From NCBI GenBank assembly GCA_950097015.1, contig CATNEN010000001.1, positions 7,192,001-7,256,000 on the forward strand: a DNA stretch of 64,000 nt. The letters are read 5' to 3'. Below the pieces are notes generated by a model. That model was not told where the DNA came from, made no database searches, and saw nothing but the letters and a program-made list of their open reading frames with translations. Made by a program: the position numbers and the translations under genes. Origin of the DNA: Macrostomum hystrix (Eukaryota; Animalia; Platyhelminthes). How positions within the stretch are numbered: position 1 is the first letter of the stretch; the number at the start of each line of letters is the position of its first letter. This document shows, piece after piece, positions 22,892-34,590 of this stretch.

Positions 22892-25800
22892 TCACATCAC
22901 TGAGCACGTGGCCGACTTCGGGTTCACACTGAAAGTGCCAGTTATCTCGCTGAATTCCACGCCGTCGTTTTCGCTGCCTTCAATAGCAGCTCCGGCCTTG
23001 TCGACGGCAACCGGCTTGGTGAGTCTGAGTCCGGCGAAGGCAGCCACCTGGCCGCAGTCGATGGCCACGTAGTCCAGCTCCGGTGTGTAGGCCAGACAGT
23101 TGATTCCGTGCAACGACTCGAATACGCTGAGCACATTCCACCTACGTGTGTCCCACACTACCAGGCAGTGATCCATCCCTACAGTCAGCATCCGTCCATA
23201 ATCCGGCGTGAACTCCAGCCGCAGAACGAAGCTCTTGTGTCGTCGAATGCTTCTCTCGAGGCTGCCAGTTTCGACGGACCAGAATAGGAGGGAACGGAAG
23301 CCAGCGGTGACGAGTGATGTCGCATTGGCCGGGAAGAATTTCATGCAGATGCACGAACTGCGCAATTGGAATTTGCGCAAATATTTCCCGGAGTCCGCGT
23401 CGATCAGTTTCACCGAGCCGTCTGTGCTGGCGGCGGCTGCTAGCCGACTGTCATCGCTAACGGCGATGGCGCTGCAGCCGGCCATCATGGTGTCCATCTG
23501 GTTGGGATTCATTGCCGCACTTTCGCCCGTCTCCAGGCTGTACACCATTGGGAAGTCGAAGAAGGTGCCGATGCACTGAAGGGATTCAAGAGTGGGAGAG
23601 TACTGATTGTCATATATGCTAACTGGCCTTATTTTCTATGTGAATGGGAAAAATGCGCCAGTTAGATAGGGACTAAATACACCTGTTAGACAGTGATTAT
23701 ATACACCGGTTAGACAGTGATTATATACACCTGTTAGACAGTGATTATATACACCGGTTAAACAGTGATTATATACACCTGTTAGACAGTGATTATATAC
23801 ACCGGTTAGACAGTGATTATATACACCTGTTAGACAGTGATTATATACACCGGTTAAACAGTGATTATATACACCTGTTAGACAGTGATTATATACACCG
23901 GTTAGACAGTGATTATATACACCGGTTAGACAGTGATTATATACACCGGTTAGACAGTGATTATAAACACCTGTTAGACAGTGATTATAAACACCGGTTG
24001 GACAGTGATTATATACACCGGTTAGACAGTGATTATATACACCGGTTAGACAGTGATTATAAACACCGGCTGGACAGTGATTATATACACCGGTTAGACA
24101 GGGACTAAATACACCGGTTTCACAGGACTAAATACACCGGTTTGACAGGGAATTGAATACACCGGTTTGACAGGGAATTGAATACACCGGTTAGACGGAA
24201 TCGAATACACCGGTTAGACAAGGAACTGAATACACTGCTTAGACAGGTGCTAAATACACCGGTTAGTCAGGGAATTTGAATACACCGGTTAGACAGGGGC
24301 TAAATACACCGGTTTGACGAGGGCTAAATACACCGGTTAGACAGGGATTAAATACACCGGTTAGACTGTGACCACTTTGGAGCATATTTCCTAGAACACG
24401 GCTCACAAGCAATCAGAATTCACCTTTTTTCCATCCGGCGTGAGTCCCACCCGATTGAAGCCGTAGAGGCCTTCTAATTTGTGCAGTTTCTCCCCTGTAG
24501 ACAAGTTGAACACGTGACCGTAGCACTCCATACCAGCTTTGCCAGCGACAAGAATGTTACCCCTGAGCGCCAGGCAGCTGGGCTCTCCGTCAATTGACAA
24601 AGTGTGCATTTCGACACCTGTGTACCAATAAGGTAAATTATTCATCCAATCGACATGAAAATCCAGACAATTTTTGCTTGCTTGTATTTTTGCTTGCACT
24701 AATTAGATTACTCACATTTCTTGAGTAGTATGCAATGCAAAATGCCCTGCTTCTCAGCCACAATGAGCCAGGCGTCGGATGACTCTGTCAGGCAGATTGT
24801 CTGGTCAAACCTGCGGCATTGGTTTGGCTTCAATTTGCCGCTAGCCAGGTCGTGCAACAGGAGCCAACCGCTGGACCGAATGCATGCCAGCAAGTTGTAG
24901 GGCCTGCGAAATGTTTAAGGTCCAAAACGATTGGACATTCGCCCTAGTGACATTGGATAGTAAACCTTTTTAATAATAATAATAATAATACGAGCAGCAG
25001 GGCTGCGGGCAATGGCTCGTCATTTGGTGACACTAGACGATTCTGCCCATTTCGCTGACTCCTGAGCACACGCTCACACAGGTGTGTACATCTGCCCTGA
25101 CCTTCTCATCGTCGGAAGGAGGTTGGCCCTAATGGCCAGAAATTGCATGACAAGCCCCTAAAGCCTTCTCTCCGCGGCTGCGCCCCAAATGAATGTGGCC
25201 TCACCGCGGAATCGAGCTCAGGGACCTTGGTGAGAGAGGCCAACGCTGCCACTCACCCCCTGATAAACCTGCTAGAGCATCATGACTCACACGCTGATGT
25301 GAAGGCCGACTGTTTTCTCCGACGCCGGATTTTTCTCGTAGCCAATTTCAGCCTCCCGCTCTTCCAGCTCCTTCAGCACGTCCGGGTTGGTGCTGCGACG
25401 ATGACTAGCAGCTCGCTCAATCATCTTCTGGCGATCCCAGACGCAGCAGACATTGTCCTTGGCGACCGTCAGGAGGCTGCCCCGCCAGCACCAGCTAAGT
25501 AGGATTTCGCTCTCGTGACCGCCGATGCTGCACAGTCGCTCGGCTTCGTCCAGATATTTTCCAGCCTGCAGAGTAGCCAGCCTGAAGGTGCTCACAGTGA
25601 TGTGTCTGTCGTGACGGAGGGCGTGGCAAACGAGGCCTTGGTCTAGGGACAGCCAGGCCAGGCAAGTGACGGCGTGACGAGTGGCTGGAATTCGGCTGAC
25701 CACTCGACACTTGGCCACATCGTAGACCAGAATTGGCCACTGAATGTCGCCGTTGATGATGGTGTCCTCGTTGTAGGCAGCCAGCAGGAATTTGGCATCG

Positions 25801-28800
25801 GAGCTGGGGCACAGCAGGTTGAGTTTGTACTTTACGTAGCCATTCGGCATGCGCCTGGCTTCGCCCGTGCTGACGTCAATCAGTGCCAGATCCGTGGCGC
25901 CTTTCTTGTCGTCGAGGAAGCCGGACGCGAACACTGGCGGAAACTCGCAGGTGACAAAGGTGTGCGGCCCAACAGGTACCAGACACCTGTGCCAGATGCC
26001 AGATAGTTCTAGCCGATCGCTGAGCATTTCGACATTCATTTCATCGTCTTTTGAGTACTCCTCGCCGGAGAAGCAGCGAATTTTGTGAGCCAAAGTCGGC
26101 GACTCGACGGGCCACACCAGGTAGTAGAGAAGGCTACTGATGCCAACAACGTATCGCCCGCAGGCTGAGGTGAAAGCGTACAACAGTTGGGCCTCTTTAT
26201 CCTCGCCAATGTCCATGGAGTAGGTCACTCTGGCCTTGACTTCGCCCGACGAGCTCAGGGGAAAGTCGAAAAGTTCAAGGCCGGACGAGTCAGACTTGCC
26301 GATGTTCAGGCTCAGTAGCGACCGACCCGATGGTGTGAAGCACAGGCGCCGAGCCTCCTTAGTTGAGCCGAAGACTATAGTCTTGCTCATTGTGTCCAGC
26401 ACTACATCGATGGCCTAGTTGAGAGTTGGGGATAAAAATATTGGCTTTGGGCAGTGGGCAATGATAAACCATCTGGCGACAGTAGACCCTCAGCGATCGA
26501 GGATGCAATTTTGCCTATTCCGCTAACTCCTGAGCACACACGCACACAGATACGGTACACAGGCCCACACTCAAACATGGGTGTAGATCTGCCCTGACTT
26601 TCAAATCCTCAGGTAAGTGCGCACTCTCACTGTGCCTTGGGGTAGGCACTCATAGAGAGCTGCCACCACCTGATTCGAGATTACAACGGAGCATGTCTAA
26701 TAAGTTCAGCATGGCATAAACTGAAAGCCGCAGTCCCGACCTTTGGCGCCTCATAGCCGTTCTCCCTGTTGACGGTGACTGACAGAATTACATAGCGCTG
26801 GTCCGCCGCATTCTGCTGCTTCATCAGGTGCAAATCGAACGGCAGATCGAAGCTGTCAATCAAGCGCAAACGGCTATTTAACATTTGAAGCTTACTAGTG
26901 CCGCCATGGTTGTACTGCGTCACAAACAAAGACTTGTTGTCCAGCGTGCTTGAAAATGGACTGTTGTTGAAGCGACCTAAGTGAGATAGGAAGGCATTTA
27001 CTAGCAAATTGACTACACCTGATAAAAAACAAGAAAATTATTTAGAATTTGTTGCTAAGCCAATTTTTGGAACGCTAAGCCAATTTTTAGTTACTAAACC
27101 TAACTACTAGTGGTCAAACAAACTGAGTTTTTCCTTTAAGCGCCGGTACCTACAGTACCTGTACATTAATCAGCACTGAACTTCATCACAGCTTTGCCAA
27201 GCGTTCTAAATTTTAACAAACTACGAGAGTAGCCCCTCGAGAGTTTAGACGGAAAAATAGCTTCGTTCTTATGCTGTCTACACTATAGATAATATCTTAC
27301 CTCCCGGATATCCGCAAACAACTTCCCGCCTGGCAACGAGTTCCCCTCCTGGCTGGGGCGCGCACTGGCTTGTTGGCAGCAGGCAGGGCGACTGTTGACC
27401 TTCAGCCAGTTCAACAGCTCGCTTGCAGAGTTTCTTGAAGTGTTGCGGTACTGAGCTGCAACCGGCCCATTGTCCGACAATTTGAGCAGTCAGAGAGCGT
27501 GGAGTCGTGACCAAACAGCTGTAGAGCAGCTCCAGAGTGGCCAGAATTTCTTCCAACGCGTGCTGCTGATGTAGTGTCGCAGATGCAGCAGCCTTATCAG
27601 CAGGATTGCCGGATTTTGTCACTTCGATCGCCATCTCAATGTCCGCCTGGACTCTATTCAAGCCCAGAGCCTCCGACTCCGCTATGAGCCAGTCGACGCT
27701 GCAAGCGCATCGTTCGACAAACTCGTCAACCCGACCGCCAAGCATTAGATGACGCGGAAGTTCGTCAAGCTGGCGGATGTTCAGCTGGAACGGTGTCAAC
27801 CGGAGCGGTTGGGCTGGCGCGCCCCGGGTGCAGCTGACGTAGGAGGCTTTCTTGCGCTTGAACAGCTCCAGGGGCTTCGGCTGGCCGTACCAACGGCCTG
27901 GCAGAATTTATTAGGATTTTCATTTTTCATTTTTAACAGTATGAAGACCACGGGGTATTTCCCAATACCAATATTTTTATTCTTTCTCCCAAATATCTAA
28001 TCTCCCAAAATATTGAACCAATCGCCATGAAAACCCAGAACACGGCTTAACATTTTCCGCTCCATCCAATGGGCCAATTCCGCTCTATCCAATGGGCCAA
28101 TTCCGCTCTATCCAATGGGCCAATTCCGCTCTATTAAGAAATCACAAAGCATCGACATCGTCGAGATACTCAACGATTCTCATCGGGGCGTGTGGTGGCA
28201 AAAAGCCACCAAAAAGACAATTTTCCGCTAACAAAATTTAATCACGTAGCAATTTCGGCAACTATTGTTGATTAATAATTATAAAAATAATAATTTCAGG
28301 AGGGCTGCGGGCAATGGCACATCATTTGGTGACACTAGACCCGCAGCCAGCGAGGAGGCAATACTGCCCATTTCGCTGACTCCTGAGCACACACGCACGC
28401 ATCGTCAGGCAGTGTACATTTTACTGTGCCTTGGAGGTTGGCCCTCAAGGGCGTAAATTGCACGACAAGCCCCCAAGCCTTCTCTCGGCGGCTGCGCCCC
28501 AAATAAATGTGGCCTCGCCGTGGAATCGAACTTAGGGACCGTGGTGCGAGAGGCAAACGCGATAACCGCTCTGCCACCGACCCCCATTATTGTTGATTAT
28601 AATTTATTAATTATATTGTTGTACTGAGCGATTTTGTTATTTTTTTGCCACCAGGACCTTCGACAAGAATCTCGACGATGCTGACTAGGATGGCTTAGAA
28701 TGTTAATTCAGCGTAAAGGGCGGATAATTTCTATCCATATGTTGAACTTTCATTGGATATTCGATGGTCACCCCGAGGCCGTTATACTATAAATAGCCGA

Positions 28801-31800
28801 AACGGTTGTCCAGTAACAAATCCTAGTGTTATCACAATGCAAATAATCCCAACTCACCACTGAAGTAGTCGGCCAGGCTGCTGTGCAGTTTCTGATTCAA
28901 CTTGGCGTCGCCGCAATACCGTCTGGCCGCGGCCTCAGCGAACTGCCTGTGATACCACGCCACCACCCGAGAACCACCGAAGCTCTGCCTAGTGATGAGG
29001 TAATCGCCGCAGTCGTCCCTGACTCGCGTCCACAGCAGCGGAGGCAGCCGCACCAGCTGGGGATCCGGCGGCAGCTGGTGCAGATAAGTGTCCTGCAGGA
29101 CTTCGTCGTCAAGCGACAGCACGTCTTCGAGCTCCTGCTCTGTTAGGCCGGATCTGCTCAACGCCAGGTAAGCAAATGCTCGAGACACCAGCACCTGTCC
29201 GTGGTTCCTTTCCAGACTGACCAGCACCTCCTCGATGGCCTGATCGAGAGTATCCGGCATTGAGTCGGCATTAACAGTTGTAAAGGAGCGCCACTGCAAG
29301 GCTTGATCGACTAGCAGCTTGGAGAAAAACGGCTGGCCCGACTTTGATACCGACTGGAGTAGCACGGAACGCTGTCTGCGCGATATTAGGTGAGTAATAG
29401 GTTGTTGCGGACTGAACTTGGTCGTTAAGGCCAGGATTGTAAATAAAATTCCCTAAAACTTTAAAGCTCTCCCATTCATTATTTCAGAAACATTACTGAG
29501 ATTTAGGAAAATTTTCCTTAGATTTCATTCAGGTAGGATGGATGAGTGGCAGAGCTTTTAACTCGTTCGCCTCTCGCACCAAGGTCCCTGAGCTCGATTG
29601 CACAGCGAGGCCACAATAAATTGAGGCGCAGCCGCGAAGAGAAGGCTTAAGGGCTTGAGGGCCAACCTCCAGGCACATTGAGAGTGTACACTGCCTGACG
29701 ATGAGAAAGTCAGGGCAGATGTACACATCTGTGTGAGTGTGTGCCTGTGTACGGTATCTACGTACGTAGGAAAATCTTGTACTCAGGAGTCAGTGAAATA
29801 GGCAACATTGCCTCCTCGCTGGCTGCGGGTCTAGTGTCACAGAGGGAGGTCAGTAAATTAAAACTAAAAGATCTGTTTAAACTGAAACTTCACAACTCAC
29901 TTTCCAGTTAGACCTCTGCGAGCATTAGCCAAGAGAGACTCAACCAGAGCCTGTGAGTCGGCGGTGCCCATTTTGTCCAGCTGCACCAGACAGTCTTGTG
30001 GAAATCTGCTCACAGCGCTTCTCAGACAGATGCCGTCACTGCGATCGCTCGCAAATGTGACGACCATCTTGACATTGGCTGGCAGCTCGGTTGGTAGAAA
30101 GTTCAAGCTATGAGCACCGTCAGCAGTCTCAAGCTGGTCGACGGAGTCGAGTACCAGCAGCAGTGCACGACCGTCGGTTGACGCCTCGGCAGCGTTGTGC
30201 AGCAGCGCTTGAAAATGCCTCACCAGGAAGTGAAATTCTGATGTCAGCTCTGGCTCGGCGTGGATGTCCAAATCATGCAGACCGAATAGCTGGCAGATCT
30301 GGTGGCATAGCGAAGCCAAGAGGTGCTTCACAGTCAGCGACTGAGCCGATGTGCCAAGAAATCTAATAATTTTCCTGGGAGCAGCTGGGAACCAAGCATC
30401 AGCAGCAGCAGCTACAGCGGCTGATAACGAAGTCTTTCCACTGCCCGACGGTCCGTGAATTATCACAGGACGCGAAACTGAATCGTCGGGTTTTCCTCGT
30501 GGAATTTCCGTCAGCCTGCGGTGACGCAGACGCTCTCGCTCCTGAATATGCGGTTTTGTGGCGGGATAAAGTCTTGGTCCTTGGTGGACTTTGGTTTTCC
30601 TGAAAATCTGATCTGGATACAATGGGCCATAAACAGAAAGATAAGCGATTGATCGTCATCTCAGAATGGAGAAAGCAAACAGCTAGTTTTGTCATTTAAG
30701 GAGCTTAATGCACCATAGGCATGGGGGAGGGCTATTATACATTCAATTATTATACTGTAGTGAGCCACTGCTTAGGGGCCTATTGGTGTCTCACTAGCTG
30801 TCAGTAGCCCCACCTGCAAGGTAGCTTAGGTGTCCCTTTTGCTGGCATTGAGTGGCTGCCCGGCCCGCCCTCTCTAGCGTTGTCTGGTCTGTCCCTCTGC
30901 CCCTCCCTTCCCCGGCCGCGCCTGTACTTTGAGTGTGTTGTCTCTCCCCCAGGGATGAGTCATCACCTCTTTGTCCCGCGCTGGCTTCGTTGTCCCTTGT
31001 CCTTTTCTTTGTGTGTCTGTCTGCCCTCAGTCAGCACGTGATTCTCCTCATGTGACTGGCCTCTCTCCTTGTCTTTTAAAGTGCACGTAAACATGTTTAC
31101 TGCACTTGGGGCTTTGATTATGGGACAGGAGCCGACGTAGGAGTGACGTTTCTGGCGCCACTGACGTCAGTTGCTATTTTTAGAAACCACGTGATTCCAT
31201 CACGTGTTTTCTAACTCTGCACTGACCCTATGGGAGGCCCTTGCCTATAAAAGAAAGCTCCCCGCTCCTCTGGCCCTCAACCCGGCCTCTTCCCGTCATT
31301 CACGTTTTCTCTGACATTATTTCAGTCTCTCTTGTCAGTGCCATCAGTGTCTAAGCTCCCACTTCAGTCTCTGCGTGTGACTGCTCACAAGCTCAGTTCT
31401 GGCTAAGTCCCGAAACTAACTTAGCCTTCCCCCAACACCCGAGCTACGCCGGACACTGACAGCCTTTAACTGCGACTGAAACTCTGCACGGTGTGCGCTT
31501 CTCAAGACTTCGTGACTTTATCTCTTTCGGGCCAAGGATCCTTCACCTCACCGAAGGCAGAAGTCCTGACGCCCTGGTGGCAGCGCTACTACTACACTAC
31601 CTAGTATTCTTGGACTTCATATTGGAGTTCGCCGGATCCCGCATTGTTAGCAGGACGACCGGTACAACAATACATTTAAAATTCAACAAATAACAAGTCT
31701 TCGTTCCAACTACCCAACTAAGTGCCCCCTGAACTAACCTCAGTATCATCCATGGCAAAGCTGATGCCCATCTGTTCCTTCAAGGCCTCTCCCATCTGTT

Positions 31801-33594
31801 GATGCTCTTTAGCTGCGTTAGTAGGCTTGTCATCGTTTTCATTCTCGTCCTCCTCGTGACCTGCTCTAGCCATGGAGCCGCTGATGGGCTGTCGCGCCGT
31901 CATGACGGCTACCCGGACCCGTTCAATGTCGGCTGCTCGACCAGCGAATCCTAGTAACCTCCCGGCTGCCAAGTGCAAGTGATGCAGCACCTCGGCGTAG
32001 AGCTCCGGAGATTCCACACTCAGCGAGTGTTGCAAAGATCTCGCTGAATCAATCTGCTGGCGAACAACGGTGCAAAAGTCGCGACAGAGGTTCTTCAGGT
32101 AGTGCGTATGCGACAACAGACCGCTGTCGATGCCCTTGTCAGTCCACTTTAGTCCGGTGTAGCTCAGAATGCGCGATTCTGGCAGAACTGCCGGAATTTT
32201 AGTCTCCTTCAAACGGTTGAGCATAGCCTGCGGCTCAGCGGCCACCTCTCCGTTCTCAATGTCTATGAATCTGCCTGCGTGAGTTGGCGATTTTGAGAAC
32301 GATTATAATCTCAATACAAGCGCAGTACTGGGTGAAATATTTGTACCCTAAACACATTCAAATTGCACCCATTCAAAGCCAGATTTACAGACAGTGAGTG
32401 GGTTTCCAAAGGCTGTGTACAGCTAGCTTATTCAGTCCATGGACTGTGGGGTAATGCTGTGCGCAATCTTGTGCTACGATTTGAACCCCCAACGTCTTGA
32501 TCAGAAGCCATATTGCTCACTTGCGATCCTATCGGTGACGTCGATTGCGTCAAACTCTCGAATTACGCACAGGCAGCGAGCTTCCGCCTCGACGCTGGCT
32601 CCAGCATCCAACAACCCGGCTTGTATTTCGTGCTCCGTCACCGAGGCCACATACTTAAAAGCGTCCGCTTCGCTCATGGTCGCCTTGGCAACGCACGACT
32701 GAGCGCAAGCTCGCAACTGCTGAGCGATGAGGCCGCTCTCCGACTGCCACTTGCGCTCGTCCTCCCGTCGCAGTCGTTCGTCTTCGCGATTATCATAATT
32801 GGTCAGCACTGAGGTGATTGGCAGCAGGACATAGCGCGGAGGTCTCGAGTTCAAATCCTGTTTAAACCACCGGCTGAGCAATTGGTAGTCCAGATTTAAT
32901 CGCTTGGCTTCGTCAAGCAAAATGTCGAATTCCTCTAAGGAAATTTCGTTCGGATAGAAACGATGGCCATACTTCTCACCAAGGATAATCTAAAATTAAA
33001 AGAAGAGAAATGTAAAAAGACTAGAGAAACTTCGAGAAAGAAGGCGAACGCTTTTAGCTTTTTAGACAGTAAAAGATCTCACAGCGAAGCAAGGTCCCAG
33101 TGAAACTTGTCGACACTTGAGCACCTCGCGAATGCACAAATCTGTTGTCTTGTGCTCCAGTGCTGCCTCATCTCTGACCCCCCATCGCATGTCGGCGACC
33201 TTTATACGAAATTTTAATAACCTTTAGGCTCGAGTAATTAGATGCAATCACACTCAAAACGTTCTAAGAGGGCTTGAATTTGCAGACAGACCTGAAAATC
33301 CAATCGTCGTTCTCGGCAGTAGACGCGCAGTTTTGGAATGGCATCTCGGAACAGGGAATTTCTTTCCTCGCTTGTGTCTAGATGTTTTCATCATAGAAAA
33401 CAAAACAGTTTAAGTCTAAGGCTAAGTCGCGATTCAATTAGTTTGATAATTGATTTAATCAAGCTTAATCTCTTACCTGTAAATGTAGAACTTAAAAACA
33501 CTCTCACAATGGTCTTCTCTTGATCAGGCAAGTTGTTCAAATGGCCCTCGAGAACATGCGTGAATGCTTTAGTGGCCTGTCTTGTAGTACTCAT
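22892..33594 (-). CDS. NWD1/NWD2-like NACHT- and WD40-repeat STAND protein (13 exons: 33594-33477, 33377-33292, 33199-33083, 32989-32521, 32274-31739, ~30541-29901, 29375-28858, 27897-27301, 26976-26741, 26414-25291, 24903-24716, 24617-24424, 23575-22892)
   Basis: N-terminal DUF4062-type motif VRVFLSSTFTD..EERN...DMRWGV...LGEKYG; Walker A GPSGSGKTS; Walker B LLLVLDSVDQL; GLTEQELEDVLSLDDEVL...RLPPLLW...WYHRQF; C-terminal WD40 repeats. Splice phases are consistent; the exon 6 acceptor is uncertain. Confidence 0.9.
23655..24368. repeat. 24-bp intronic minisatellite (ATACACCGGTTAGACAGTGATTAT)n
   Basis: Homogeneous to ~24100, then degenerate. Confidence 0.95.
24971..25260 (-). mobile_element. SINE family B
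   Basis: Reverse complement of the family B consensus with an (ATT)n tail. Confidence 0.85.
26447..26650 (-). mobile_element. SINE family B, degenerate 3' part
   Basis: CTCCTGAGCACACACGCACACAGATAC and ATCTGCCCTGACTTT blocks. Confidence 0.7.
28045..28745. mobile_element. Degenerate MITE-like foldback with a SINE inserted in its centre
   Basis: Inverted blocks CATCGTCGAGAT/ATCTCGACGATG and GGTGGCAAAAA/TTTTTGCCACC on either side of the SINE. The ends are approximate. Confidence 0.55.
28275..28586 (-). mobile_element. SINE family B with target-site duplication
   Basis: Family B sequence flanked by a 12-bp TATTGTTGATTA duplication (28263-28274, 28588-28599). Confidence 0.9.
29543..29840 (+). 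mobile_element. SINE family B (3' truncated)
   Basis: Box A/B head and body match the family. Confidence 0.85.
30756..31669 (+). mobile_element. Solo LTR (Gypsy-type), 914 bp, in an NWD intron
   Basis: Termini TGTAGT...ACAACA, exact 4-bp TSD ATAC (30752-30755 / 31670-31673), TATAAAAG at ~31246, and a GC content distinct from the flanks. Strand is inferred from the TATA box only. Confidence 0.85.
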
Positions 33595-34590
33595 GTCCCG
33601 TGCCAGATTTTATCAGTTAAGGTTTCCAAACGAGCTAGAAAATTACAAATTAAATCGTATTTGAAACCAATTTAGCATATTTCTAGAAGCGCTGTTGCAA
33701 AGCAATGTATTTTAAACTGTTTGTATCAAAATTATGACTTGCTCACATAAGAAGTACTTGGTATGCTTGTGAATTGTAAATTGTAAAAGTTTTTTTTATC
33801 ATACATTTAATAAAATACATTCTTATGTGTTAATATGTGTTCTTAGTACTCACAAAGCTTCATAATGGCTTATATTTACATTTTTTGCAAGATGATGCGT
33901 TAGTGTTATAAAGTAAAGTTTTGAGAAAAAAATGTTTTTTCTCAAATAGGCTTGTTTAATCAGGTGAAGTATGAGTCGGTATTTGGCCTGGATATAATAT
34001 ATGGATCAATATATGTGTATTTATTTTTAATATAAAAATATCAATCATAGAAAATAAAATTATTTATATTTTTTTTCCTTTTCAACACATTAGTATTTTA
34101 ATATACCAGTATCTAATTTAAAACGCAGCAGGCAGGCAAATAAAGACTTACATTAAATACAGCTCTTTTCTCCAGCCCAAGGTAATCAATCTGTACTGTC
34201 GGATTATACTTGGTCGAGATGCTTAAATGTTGAAACGTGATATTAATTAAAATAGACAACTTTTCCCATGTTGGTTTTGCTCCATGCTTCTAAAGCTTAG
34301 TTAGTTACACAGATTAAAATAGTTTTTTATATTTACCTGCATATATTTGCAGCTTTAATAAAATTCTATTTAAATTATACAATAAAAAACGTAATTATAC
34401 AAACACTTTTGTTATATTTTAACTAAAAACTTGCACTATTATTAGACCGTTTTTAAACAGGCAATTTTACAGGAAAGTGAGTTATAACTTTCTTGGTTGA
34501 GTCAAATGCAGTAAACTTCCCTCGTGAAATGTTTGGAAGTATACTTTAGAAAGTAGCACTTTTGTTGACTCTCTCGGGCTTGAATTTACG

